Source of the DNA: a virus
Lineage: Duplodnaviria; Caudoviricetes
Length of the DNA: 37,451 nt
Virus record (IMG/VR): IMGVR_UViG_3300033076_000893
Location: 1 to 37,451 of that record
Direction: 5' to 3' (one strand)
Program-made: the position numbers and the translations under genes
Part shown: positions 18,746 through 26,126 of the stretch, piece by piece
Layout: every line of letters starts with the position of its first letter
Numbering within the stretch: position 1 is the first letter of the stretch
Notes under the pieces: generated by a model
The model's input: only the letters and a program-made list of their open reading frames with translations
Told to the model about the DNA's origin: nothing
Database searches by the model: none

Positions 18746-19284
18746 GCGGTTTCCTTTGCGGGGGTGAGTTCTGCTTTGCGGGCGTTGGTTGCTTTCTTGA
18801 CTGCGGCGTGATGCTGCGGATCCAGCATCTGCATCGCTGCCTCATAGTTCGACTTGAGAACTTCAAGCGTGTGGGCGTTGCTGATGCCTCGCAGGATTGC
18901 GGCCACGTCGGGCTTGCGTGCGGTATTGCCGTCGTCGTCTTCCGGGGCGATGCCACAAGCAGCCATCAACGAATAGCGCCTGGCGTAGGTGAGGGCGGAC
19001 CCATAGCTCTGCGGGTCTTGCTTGGAGGCAGGAACGTGCAGCGGGCCGCTGGTGATGCTCTCGCCGGACTCATGGAGAAACATCGTCTCCACGGTCACGC
19101 CCGTGTTGTCCTCGCGGGTCTGTTGAACCATGGCAATGCCGTTCTCGTTGAGGGCGTCAATCACGGCCTCAATGCAGGCAGAGAGGTCCGCGTACTTCGA
19201 CTTGAAGGCCGGGTTGGTGTTGGTCTTGAGCGCAGGTCCAAAGGCTTTCTGAGCCTTCACCAGGGCGGTAGCTATCTGTTTCAT
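18742..19284 (-). CDS. erf: ERF-family single-strand annealing protein
   Basis: NPAFKSKYADL, QSYGSALTYARRYSL, GIAPEDDDG. Confidence 0.93.
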   Translation of the reverse strand: MKQIATALVKAQKAFGPALKTNTNPAFKSKYADLSACIEAVIDALNENGIAMVQQTREDNTGVTVETMFLHESGESITSGPLHVPASKQDPQSYGSALTYARRYSLMAACGIAPEDDDGNTARKPDVAAILRGISNAHTLEVLKSNYEAAMQMLDPQHHAAVKKATNARKAELTPAKETA

Positions 19285-19445
19285 GCTTTCTCCTTGAATG
19301 GATCGGGCAGATCGCGCACCTTCTGCGCTTGCTTCTGCCGGTTGAGTTCGTGGTCAAAGGCCCGCTTTGCAGCCTTGAATGCCTGGATGACTTGCCGTGG
19401 TCTGCGCTCTTGCTCAAACGGCCAATTGCTTTCTTTCATCCTCAT
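19281..19445 (-). CDS. 54-aa hypothetical protein (absent from ORF track)
   Basis: MRMKESNWPFEQ...PFKEKA; ATGA overlaps at both ends. Confidence 0.55.
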   Translation of the reverse strand: MRMKESNWPFEQERRPRQVIQAFKAAKRAFDHELNRQKQAQKVRDLPDPFKEKA

Positions 19446-19630
19446 GACAAGCTCCAGTAGCCAGCAACAACAGCGATGAGGAAGAGGGCCAGCATCACAA
19501 TGAAGAACCAGGCCGTGACCGCGAGAACATCAGCGCTCATCTGCTCAAGGTCTTCGGCGTCTTCTGGCTCATCACCAGCAAACTCGATGGGTTGAATGCA
19601 GGGCTGGCCTGCTCTGTAGCGGTTGGTCAT
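19442..19630 (-). CDS. Small membrane protein
   Basis: C-terminal TM segment; coupled. Confidence 0.6.
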   Translation of the reverse strand: MTNRYRAGQPCIQPIEFAGDEPEDAEDLEQMSADVLAVTAWFFIVMLALFLIAVVAGYWSLS

Positions 19631-19878
19631 GCAAGACTCCAGAGAGCGCCAGCCACGCGAGCCAGCACGGGACGAGGGGAGGCGGTGCGCGGCTCAAGCA
19701 AAGCTGTTTGCACCATCTCGGCATCGCTCGAAATGACGCGGGGCGATGGCGGCAGGTAGGCGCGACCGATCACGACCTTCCCTGTGTCAACGCAGTACGT
19801 GCTTGCGATGGGGACGACCTTCAGAATCTGGCGAGCAGATGCCAAGCCCTCGCTGTGCGCGGTGTTGTAGCGGTTCAT
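19627..19878 (-). CDS. Hypothetical protein
   Basis: GGAG RBS; coupled. Confidence 0.6.
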   Translation of the reverse strand: MNRYNTAHSEGLASARQILKVVPIASTYCVDTGKVVIGRAYLPPSPRVISSDAEMVQTALLEPRTASPRPVLARVAGALWSLA

Positions 19879-20249
19879 GATTGCTCTCCGGTGGCTTTGG
19901 CTTCGTTATGCAGTTGGCGGTGGTGTGGTTTGCATAGCCACACCACATCCAGCGGCATGTCGTATGCGACGTGATGGCCTTCGACGTGTTCATGGCCGCA
20001 GACGGCGCAGGGCTGAGGCGAGACCCGTCCGGATTCAATTGCCGTCCGTAGAGCTCGACGCGCTGCGTGGCGCTCTCGGTGCAGTTGCGAATAGCCGCGC
20101 ATCTGCTCGGCCTTGCGGGCGAGGCGATCAGGGTCTTGGCCGTTCTTCTGCTGCCACGCCACGTACCGCGCACGCTGGGCATCGCGGTACGCTGGGTCTT
20201 GACGGCGCATGGCGCTGCGCTCACGCCAGTAGTCGGAGCGATTACGCAT
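19875..20249 (-). CDS. HNH-like zinc-binding protein
   Basis: CAVCG...EGHH..Y..PLDVVWLCKPHH...H. Confidence 0.7.
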   Translation of the reverse strand: MRNRSDYWRERSAMRRQDPAYRDAQRARYVAWQQKNGQDPDRLARKAEQMRGYSQLHRERHAARRALRTAIESGRVSPQPCAVCGHEHVEGHHVAYDMPLDVVWLCKPHHRQLHNEAKATGEQS

Positions 20250-20559
20250 GGTTGCCTCCGTTCGCCTTGGCGATGGCAGCGCGGATTACTTCGGCATCAA
20301 ACCCACCGCGATCCGGACAATCCATCCACCACTCTTCGCTTTTCTCGATGCGAGACAGAACGTCTTGCAGCGCCTCCAGCAGCTCAGGAGCGGCAGCGAT
20401 CAAGCGGGCGTTGGCAATCGGAAGACCGCGCCCATCGTCTTTCTCCCATGAGACAAATCCGATGCTGAACCCAAGCTTTTCGCAGTGGTGTGCGCGAAGA
20501 GGAATGAAAGTTGGAGCACCGTTTTTGGCGATCCAAGGTCCAGGCGTATGCGCGCTCAT
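20242..20559 (-). CDS. Hypothetical phage protein
   Basis: HTPGPW...ANARLIAAAPELLEAL...AAIAKA module. Confidence 0.75.
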   Translation of the reverse strand: MSAHTPGPWIAKNGAPTFIPLRAHHCEKLGFSIGFVSWEKDDGRGLPIANARLIAAAPELLEALQDVLSRIEKSEEWWMDCPDRGGFDAEVIRAAIAKANGGNHA

Positions 20560-20810
20560 GGCTCAATCTCCAGTGCAAGAATCTCGATGGACTCGGCTAC
20601 TTCTGGAAGCATCGCTTCCGCAGCCTTGCATCCAAGCGTTTGAAGAACAGTCGCGATGTAGTCAGCCGTCACCAGCGAGAAAGGCGTCTGCTGAATAGCC
20701 CGGCATGCATCGTTGATGTGGTGTTCGTACAAGTCAGGACCGCGATCAAACTGACGGCTGTAGGCGTGTGGGTCAGAGTCGCGGCGCTCTACGTTGTCCC
20801 TGGCGTTCAT
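20556..20810 (-). CDS. Hypothetical protein
   Basis: GGAG RBS; coupled. Confidence 0.6.
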   Translation of the reverse strand: MNARDNVERRDSDPHAYSRQFDRGPDLYEHHINDACRAIQQTPFSLVTADYIATVLQTLGCKAAEAMLPEVAESIEILALEIEP

Positions 20811-21112
20811 GATTGCTCTCCGAGGAACGATTGCGAGTGCTCGACACTCGCGATAAACGCGGCGACGAACCGTTCGCGGTGGAAATCGCGTGCCGCTTGA
20901 AACACGACGCGAGCCTGAGGGTCGCCCTCGAAGTAGCGAAGCTTCAGGAACTCCCGCAACGGGTCGAGTTCTTTGGTCCTGTCGTGGTAGCTGTCGAGCA
21001 GGTTTCGCCCGGTAAGGTGCTGCAAGCCGGCAGAAAAGTCTGTAAACAGCTTTCCATATGCATTCTTGAAATGCTCATCGGCCTTGGAATGAAGTTGGCT
21101 TTCGAGGCTCAT
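20807..21112 (-). CDS. Hypothetical protein
   Basis: GGAGG RBS; coupled. Confidence 0.6.
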   Translation of the reverse strand: MSLESQLHSKADEHFKNAYGKLFTDFSAGLQHLTGRNLLDSYHDRTKELDPLREFLKLRYFEGDPQARVVFQAARDFHRERFVAAFIASVEHSQSFLGEQS

Positions 21113-21294
21113 CGCACCACCTCCGCACGAAAAGCACTGCGCTCGCTCAGCTTTGCCCGCATAACTTCCTGCTCAACAGGCTCCAGCGAGAGAAAGCCGG
21201 TGTCTTGCTCTTGGACTGCACAGTCCCAGAGTTGCCAGCCAAGATCGGCGGGCAGCTCGCGGGCCTCGGGTTGTGGCAACAGTGCGTAGTTCAT
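21109..21294 (-). CDS. Hypothetical protein
   Basis: ATGA-coupled. Confidence 0.55.
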   Translation of the reverse strand: MNYALLPQPEARELPADLGWQLWDCAVQEQDTGFLSLEPVEQEVMRAKLSERSAFRAEVVR

Positions 21295-21524
21295 GCGGCA
21301 CCGCCTTCCGACTTGGCGATCTTGCGGGCCGATGCCAGTGCTTCCTCGATTCGGTATTTAGCGGAGCGGTTGTTTTCGGATGCCCATTCGAGTGCCTGCA
21401 CCGCATCAGCGATCCGATCCGCGCGCTGGATCAAATGCAGGGCGCTTTCCATGTTGCCGGCCACGTCCGCCGCGCTCGACTCGGCATCGCGAACCGCGCG
21501 GATCGTTGCGTCGATGTCGCTCAT
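21291..21524 (-). CDS. Hypothetical helical protein
   Basis: ATGA-coupled. Confidence 0.6.
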   Translation of the reverse strand: MSDIDATIRAVRDAESSAADVAGNMESALHLIQRADRIADAVQALEWASENNRSAKYRIEEALASARKIAKSEGGAA

Positions 21525-21793
21525 GCCACCACCTTTTGAGAAAGGCGAGCAAAGGTCTCGCCGCGCTTGGCGCTACGACCCATGCTGATGGCTGCTTCAC
21601 GGCTAATGGGGTGGCGCTTGCCCTGGTAGTCCTGGCGCAGTGTTCGCGATGCGCAATCAGAGCCGTAGTGCAGCAGTTGTCCAGCTTCGTCCTCAATGAC
21701 AATGGTCAACTTCAGGTTTTTCTTGCCGCAGACATCGCACTCCGGCTTGTCGCTGATGCCACGTACCGTAAACCGCTTGTAGGTGGATTCCAT
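21521..21793 (-). CDS. First gene of pL operon, Cys-containing protein
   Basis: AGGAG RBS; CDVCGK...YGSDCA. Confidence 0.7.
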   Translation of the reverse strand: MESTYKRFTVRGISDKPECDVCGKKNLKLTIVIEDEAGQLLHYGSDCASRTLRQDYQGKRHPISREAAISMGRSAKRGETFARLSQKVVA

Positions 21794-21836
21794 GCCCCAT
21801 CTCCTAGTTAAAGGCTTCGGTGAAGCCGTGAGATGA

Positions 21837-21888
21837 ATTCTACAACTGTAGATATTGTTTGTCTACAAGCGTAGAAGTACAATGTAGA
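21837..21888. promoter_or_regulatory. OL operators with pL and a divergent rightward promoter
   Basis: TCTACAACTGTAGA 21839-52, TCTACAAGCGTAGA 21862-75; pL TAGACA-17-TAGAAT (minus); TTGTTT-17-TACAAT 21855-83 (plus). Confidence 0.85.
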
Positions 21889-21889
21889 G

Positions 21890-22444
21890 AAATGCAGAAA
21901 ATCCGACAGACGGTCGGCAGCAGGTCTCAGAAGCTGGGGCAGTTCTTGAGAGAGAGGTGTGGGAGCCGATAGGCAGGTTCAGCGGGAGCAGGCCGGCGCA
22001 AGCCGACCCGCTCCGTACTAGGTCACAGCACCAACGAGAGGATGATGAAAGCCACCGCCCGAAGGCATGCGGCTACATCAAGGTTGATGCTCACCTTTAT
22101 CGAGGTCTTCATGATGTTGAGTCGGAAGAACCCCGGCGCCGGGGTGTTAACCCGCTGAACTTGTTACGCGCCCTTGCTGGCGCGGCCAGTTGCTTACCTA
22201 GGATGGGCTTCTGGCATCGGCTATGGATGATGCGATGTGTTCAGGCAGCGGTTAGCGCGTTTTGCCCCTAAGGGTTTCCCGGAGCGACCCGGTGCCGCAG
22301 TCTGAATTCCGCACTTCACCTCACCTATAAGCGGCTTGACGGGCCGCAGTGGGCGTTGTCGGACGCCCATCGAAAGTATCTCAGGAACTGCCCCAACTTC
22401 TGCGGCTACCAGGCAACAAAAAACCGCCTCAGTGGGCGGCTTCT
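21890..22444 (+). ncRNA. Putative large structured ncRNA
   Basis: Own promoter, 24-bp closing stem 21928-51/22379-402, many internal hairpins, no convincing ORF. Confidence 0.5.
22418..22444 (-). terminator. Terminator of the cI operon, possibly bidirectional
   Basis: Minus strand CCGCCC-ACTG-AGGCGG-TTTTTT. Confidence 0.75.
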
Positions 22445-22471
22445 AGGAGAGTGAGATGGAAGACGATGAAG

Positions 22472-22873
22472 TCAGTGCTTCGGCCCTTTGCCAGCCTGGT
22501 GAGCTGCCTCAAGCTCCCGCAGGCATTTCTGAATTACCGGGATCGCCTCAGGCGGAAACGCTATGTCGATCGATCCTGTGGGCCCCATGTGAAACTGGAG
22601 ACCCTGGTGTCCGCTGGGTAGGAGAAACGGTACTGTTCCCGTCGTCAGCAACGTACGGGGACGATATTTATTCTGGGCAGTACGTTGGCCCTGCTGTCCA
22701 CTTTGCTGATCTCTTGGTCGCGACAGAAGCGCCAGAATCACCAAAGACTGAAGCTCCGGCGTGAGGTTGATCGTTGAGTCATCTCCAGCCGCGTTCTTGA
22801 AGATCAGCGCGAGGTTGCCATTCGACTGATCTTCAAGATGGGCCACGGCGGTGGGCACGAAAACAGGCTTCAT
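22472..22873 (-). CDS. Hypothetical protein co-oriented downstream of cI
   Basis: AGGAG RBS; lies between cI and terminator. Confidence 0.75.
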   Translation of the reverse strand: MKPVFVPTAVAHLEDQSNGNLALIFKNAAGDDSTINLTPELQSLVILALLSRPRDQQSGQQGQRTAQNKYRPRTLLTTGTVPFLLPSGHQGLQFHMGPTGSIDIAFPPEAIPVIQKCLRELEAAHQAGKGPKH

Positions 22874-22903
22874 TTCACTCCTATCGTTTACAAGAAATCC
22901 CGC

Positions 22904-23560
22904 TTATTCAGGGGTCCACTTCCCGATAACCACGCCGGTGATTGTGGCGTTGCCGTTTATTTCTATGTAGCGTGGCTTCCAGTCTGGATTTAGCGCTTTG
23001 AGTAGTGTTCGCCCATCCTCGACAAGCAGTTGCTTAAACGTGGCCTCCTGCTGATCATCCAGGCGAACAATGACACGATCACCTGCTTTTGCCTCGCGGT
23101 CTGGGTCGACAAAGATGATGTCTCCGTGGGCGTAGCTTGGCCCACCAGTGGGGTTATGCATGCTGTCGCCACGCACACGTAGGCAGTATGCCCGTGGCCC
23201 ATGTTTGGACGGACACGGGAGCCAGTCTTCAGCATCTCCAACCGCGTAAGGATCTGCCACATCGGACCATATCCCCGCCTGTACCCATGAGATGAGAGGC
23301 AGCGCGCCGGGGGCCTGGACCGGCTCGACGTTGAGGGCGTTTTTTTCGTTTTTTGCAGGGTTTGAAACTTCCCCAGAAAGCAACTCTTCGATAGACATCC
23401 CAAGCCCTCTTGCAATGGCATCGGTGTACTTAGACCGCGTGCTTTCTCGAATTTCCAGCGCGCTGATTGTTCCTACATCAACACCCGATGCCTCGGAAAG
23501 TTTTTCGAGCGTCCACCCTTTAGCGGTGCGCTGCGTACGGATTGCTACTCCTAGATTCAT
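22904..23560 (-). CDS. cI: CI-like repressor (XRE HTH plus S24 peptidase), 218 aa
   Basis: WTLEKLSEASGV HTH; PLISWVQAG, VRGDSM, ATFKQL; ATG 23560. Confidence 0.95.
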   Translation of the reverse strand: MNLGVAIRTQRTAKGWTLEKLSEASGVDVGTISALEIRESTRSKYTDAIARGLGMSIEELLSGEVSNPAKNEKNALNVEPVQAPGALPLISWVQAGIWSDVADPYAVGDAEDWLPCPSKHGPRAYCLRVRGDSMHNPTGGPSYAHGDIIFVDPDREAKAGDRVIVRLDDQQEATFKQLLVEDGRTLLKALNPDWKPRYIEINGNATITGVVIGKWTPE

Positions 23561-23641
23561 ACGAGAACAGTAAACACTTGTAGACAGACGGTCTACTACA
23601 CCTGTTGATTTTTCATTTCTACAAGCGTAGAATGCGGCCTT
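23561..23641. promoter_or_regulatory. OR operators with pRM and pR
   Basis: Operators 23571-84, 23595-608, 23618-31 (last identical to OL site 21862-75); pR TTGATT-17-TAGAAT; pRM TAGACC-17-TACTGT. Confidence 0.85.
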
Positions 23642-23884
23642 ATGAACCTCATTGAAGCCGCTATTGATGCCGCTGGTGGCCCTTCCAAGGTCGCCAGAGA
23701 GTTGGGAGTGACCGTCCAAGCAGTTTGTTTTTGGCGTGACGGGAAGCGCTCCATGCCTCCAGAGTGGTATGCGACTTTGGAGCGCATGGGCGGCGGCGTG
23801 GTCACCCGTAAAGACCTCCGCCCCGACGACTGGCATCTGATCTGGCCCGAACTCGCCGAGCCCAAGACCGAGCAGGGGGCTTGA
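23642..23884 (+). CDS. cro: Cro/YdaS-like repressor
   Basis: AAGGPSKVARELGVTVQAVCFW...DLRPDDWHLIWPEL; divergent from cI. Confidence 0.9.
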   Translation: MNLIEAAIDAAGGPSKVARELGVTVQAVCFWRDGKRSMPPEWYATLERMGGGVVTRKDLRPDDWHLIWPELAEPKTEQGA

Positions 23885-24030
23885 GATGCGCAGCACCACG
23901 AAACGCAGGCTGGACATGTGCAAGCGCGTCAACAGGGGTCCATGCGCCACCTTTGGGCTGGCGTATGTTTTCCCGACCGCCGACCAAATTCCTTGGCAGG
24001 ACTGCTTCCTGGAGTCTCCAGCTGGAAAGG

Positions 24031-24291
24031 CTATGAGCCAACTTGTGAATTCGGCGGGCTTGGCAGTGCGAGAGCAAGCAGATCCCAAGTCTCCTGATAG
24101 CTCGCGATTGCCTTGTCCGTCTGAGCGCCAGAGTTCAACAGAACAACCAACCCCTCCTGACGCGTCCTCTCCATCACCTGCGCCAGAAGCGCTGGATCCG
24201 GATGAATCTCCATGAGTGCTCGCACCGCATTGCCTATTGCCATGGTCGCGCCCACTGCGTATCCGCGTAGCTCTTCCAGATCGTTGTTCAT
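24031..24291 (-). CDS. 86-aa antisense hypothetical protein
   Basis: GGAAGAGAG RBS before MNNDLEEL. Confidence 0.55.
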   Translation of the reverse strand: MNNDLEELRGYAVGATMAIGNAVRALMEIHPDPALLAQVMERTRQEGLVVLLNSGAQTDKAIASYQETWDLLALALPSPPNSQVGS

Positions 24292-24470
24292 GTCCGCTCT
24301 CTTCCGTAATGGTTGTGTCGAAGCTCCCATTGTCCAACGGAAGAGGGCGGACGCCCAACAGGGCGAGTCCACGAAGTGCGGCGGTGCTGATGTGTTCCAT
24401 GCAGCCAGTCTCTTTTTTTGCCCGTTGGCTGTCATTCCCAACGCTTCCCAACTTTTAGGAGACCCGAGGA

Positions 24471-24863
24471 ATGGGTGAAGACGACTCGATCAACACGGTA
24501 CTCATCGAAGCCGTGAAAGCCTTGGGCGGCAGCAAGATTGTTGCGGCCAAGCTGTGGCCCGAAAAGATGGTTGACGCCGCGCAGCGTCACCTGCTGGCCT
24601 GCCTCAACGAAGACAAGCCCGAGCGCTTGAGCCCGGACCACCTCATGCTGGTCTTGCGCATGGCCCGGGACAAGGGCCACCACGGCGCATTCGCCCACAT
24701 GTGCGCTCTGCTGGGCTATTCCGAACCCCAGCCTATCAACCCCAAAGACGAGCTTACCGAGCTGCTGCGCGATTACTTGGAGTCCAAGAAGTCGGACGAC
24801 AGGAAGGCGGAGCGGATCGAGCGCGCCATTGCAAGCATGGGCCAACTTAGGAGCGTGGCATGA
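24471..24863 (+). CDS. CII-like regulator
   Basis: VKALGGSKIVAAKLWPEK...CLNEDKPERLS; position after cro. Confidence 0.65.
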   Translation: MGEDDSINTVLIEAVKALGGSKIVAAKLWPEKMVDAAQRHLLACLNEDKPERLSPDHLMLVLRMARDKGHHGAFAHMCALLGYSEPQPINPKDELTELLRDYLESKKSDDRKAERIERAIASMGQLRSVA

Positions 24864-25141
24864 CCGATCTTTTTGGATACACCGCGCCCCGTGCGCCGTT
24901 CGTTGACATCCGCAACCAGCGCGACTCCGTGTCGGAGGAAAAGGCGATCCTCTGCCGACAGTTGAACGAGTTGGTGCGCAAGGTTCCCGACTCGATCCGT
25001 GGCGCGTCGGTCAACAAAACCCGCGAATGGATGCATGTGCGCGAGCGGTGCCAGAAGGTTCTGCAGAACAAGCGCAGCAGCCGGACCGAACTGCAATCGG
25101 CGGTCAACACCATGCGCGAGTTTGACAAGGCGACAGCATGA
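24860..25141 (+). CDS. Hypothetical protein
   Basis: AGGAG RBS; ATGA-coupled. Confidence 0.6.
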   Translation: MTDLFGYTAPRAPFVDIRNQRDSVSEEKAILCRQLNELVRKVPDSIRGASVNKTREWMHVRERCQKVLQNKRSSRTELQSAVNTMREFDKATA

Positions 25142-25269
25142 CCACACCACCCATCAAGTCAGACGACCGCAGCGCACAGCCCATCCAAGGGCTATCCAAG
25201 CGTGGCCAAGAGCTTGTCAAGCCTCGTGTGTTTGGCAAGGTCACTCCGAGCCAGGAGAAGCGCTCATGA
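25138..25269 (+). CDS. 43-aa hypothetical protein (absent from ORF track)
   Basis: ATGA overlaps at both ends. Confidence 0.45.
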   Translation: MTTPPIKSDDRSAQPIQGLSKRGQELVKPRVFGKVTPSQEKRS

Positions 25270-25580
25270 ACCAAATCGCCACAACCATTGAGCAGCCGCG
25301 CGCACGTCGCAGCGATCCCGGCACCAGCCATGCCGCTGCAAAGCGTGCAGAGCGGTTTGCTGATAGCCACGCCGGCAAGATTCTGCAAGCCATCAAGTTC
25401 TTTGATTCATGGCTCGGCGACGGCATGAATGCGGCCGACCTCAGTTTGGCAACAGGCCTCACCGTTGTTCAGATCGACCGCAGAACCATCGAGCTGCAGC
25501 GCAAGGGCTTGATCCGCGTCAAGCAGCTTGGCGGTGCTGACGTTGTGCGCAACGGCATGCGCGTTTGGGAAGCCGTGTAA
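25266..25580 (+). CDS. Winged-HTH-like protein
   Basis: RARRSDPGTSHAAA...RRTIELQRKGLI; AGGAG RBS. Confidence 0.7.
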   Translation: MNQIATTIEQPRARRSDPGTSHAAAKRAERFADSHAGKILQAIKFFDSWLGDGMNAADLSLATGLTVVQIDRRTIELQRKGLIRVKQLGGADVVRNGMRVWEAV

Positions 25581-26126
25581 ATGGCTACGCGCACTGCAAT
25601 TTCCAAGAAGATCCGATTCGAGGTCTTCAAGCGCGATGCGTTCACATGCCAATACTGCGGCGCACATCCGCCGTCGGTGATCCTGCATGTTGATCACATT
25701 CACCCTGTGGCGGCTGGTGGCAAGAACGCCATGGACAACTTGATCACCGCCTGTGAGCCTTGCAACCTCGGCAAATCGGCCCGACTCCTGGCGGATATCC
25801 CCCAAAGCTTGAAGGACAAGGCTGCGGAGGTCAAAGAGCGTGAGGCTCAGATCAAAGGCTACCAGGCTGTTATGGATCGGCAACGCCTGCGCATCGAAGA
25901 TGACGCCGAGGTCGTCCGGGAGGTGTACGAACGCTTTGTCGAAGGCATGACGCTGTCCGACTCGGCAATGATCAGTGTGCGCAACTTCATTGAAGCGCTT
26001 GGGCGACACGACGTCGTAAAGGCCATGGAAAAGGCCTACTCGCGCCCGTCACGCGGTCCAGGCTCGCAGTTCAAGTATTTCTGCGGGATCTGCTGGACAA
26101 AGATTCGGGAGGCCAAAGGTGCCTAA
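25581..26126 (+). CDS. HNH endonuclease-domain protein
   Basis: RDAFTCQYCG...HVDHIHP..GG....NLITACEPCNLGK. Confidence 0.9.
   Translation: MATRTAISKKIRFEVFKRDAFTCQYCGAHPPSVILHVDHIHPVAAGGKNAMDNLITACEPCNLGKSARLLADIPQSLKDKAAEVKEREAQIKGYQAVMDRQRLRIEDDAEVVREVYERFVEGMTLSDSAMISVRNFIEALGRHDVVKAMEKAYSRPSRGPGSQFKYFCGICWTKIREAKGA

Noticed and set aside
21957-22271. 104-aa ORF within the structured region
   Set aside because: GTG start with poor RBS spacing and no recognisable motif; not fully excluded.
21928-22402. Retron msr/msd suggested by the long flanking inverted repeat
   Set aside because: No reverse transcriptase is recognisable in the window.
23886-24215. 109-aa plus-strand ORF after cro
   Set aside because: Left uncalled: it has a plausible start, but its low-complexity second half overlaps the better-supported antisense gene.
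22904-24451. 515-aa extended CI ORF
   Set aside because: The extension is antisense to cro and crosses OR; the HTH begins at ATG 23560, right after pRM.
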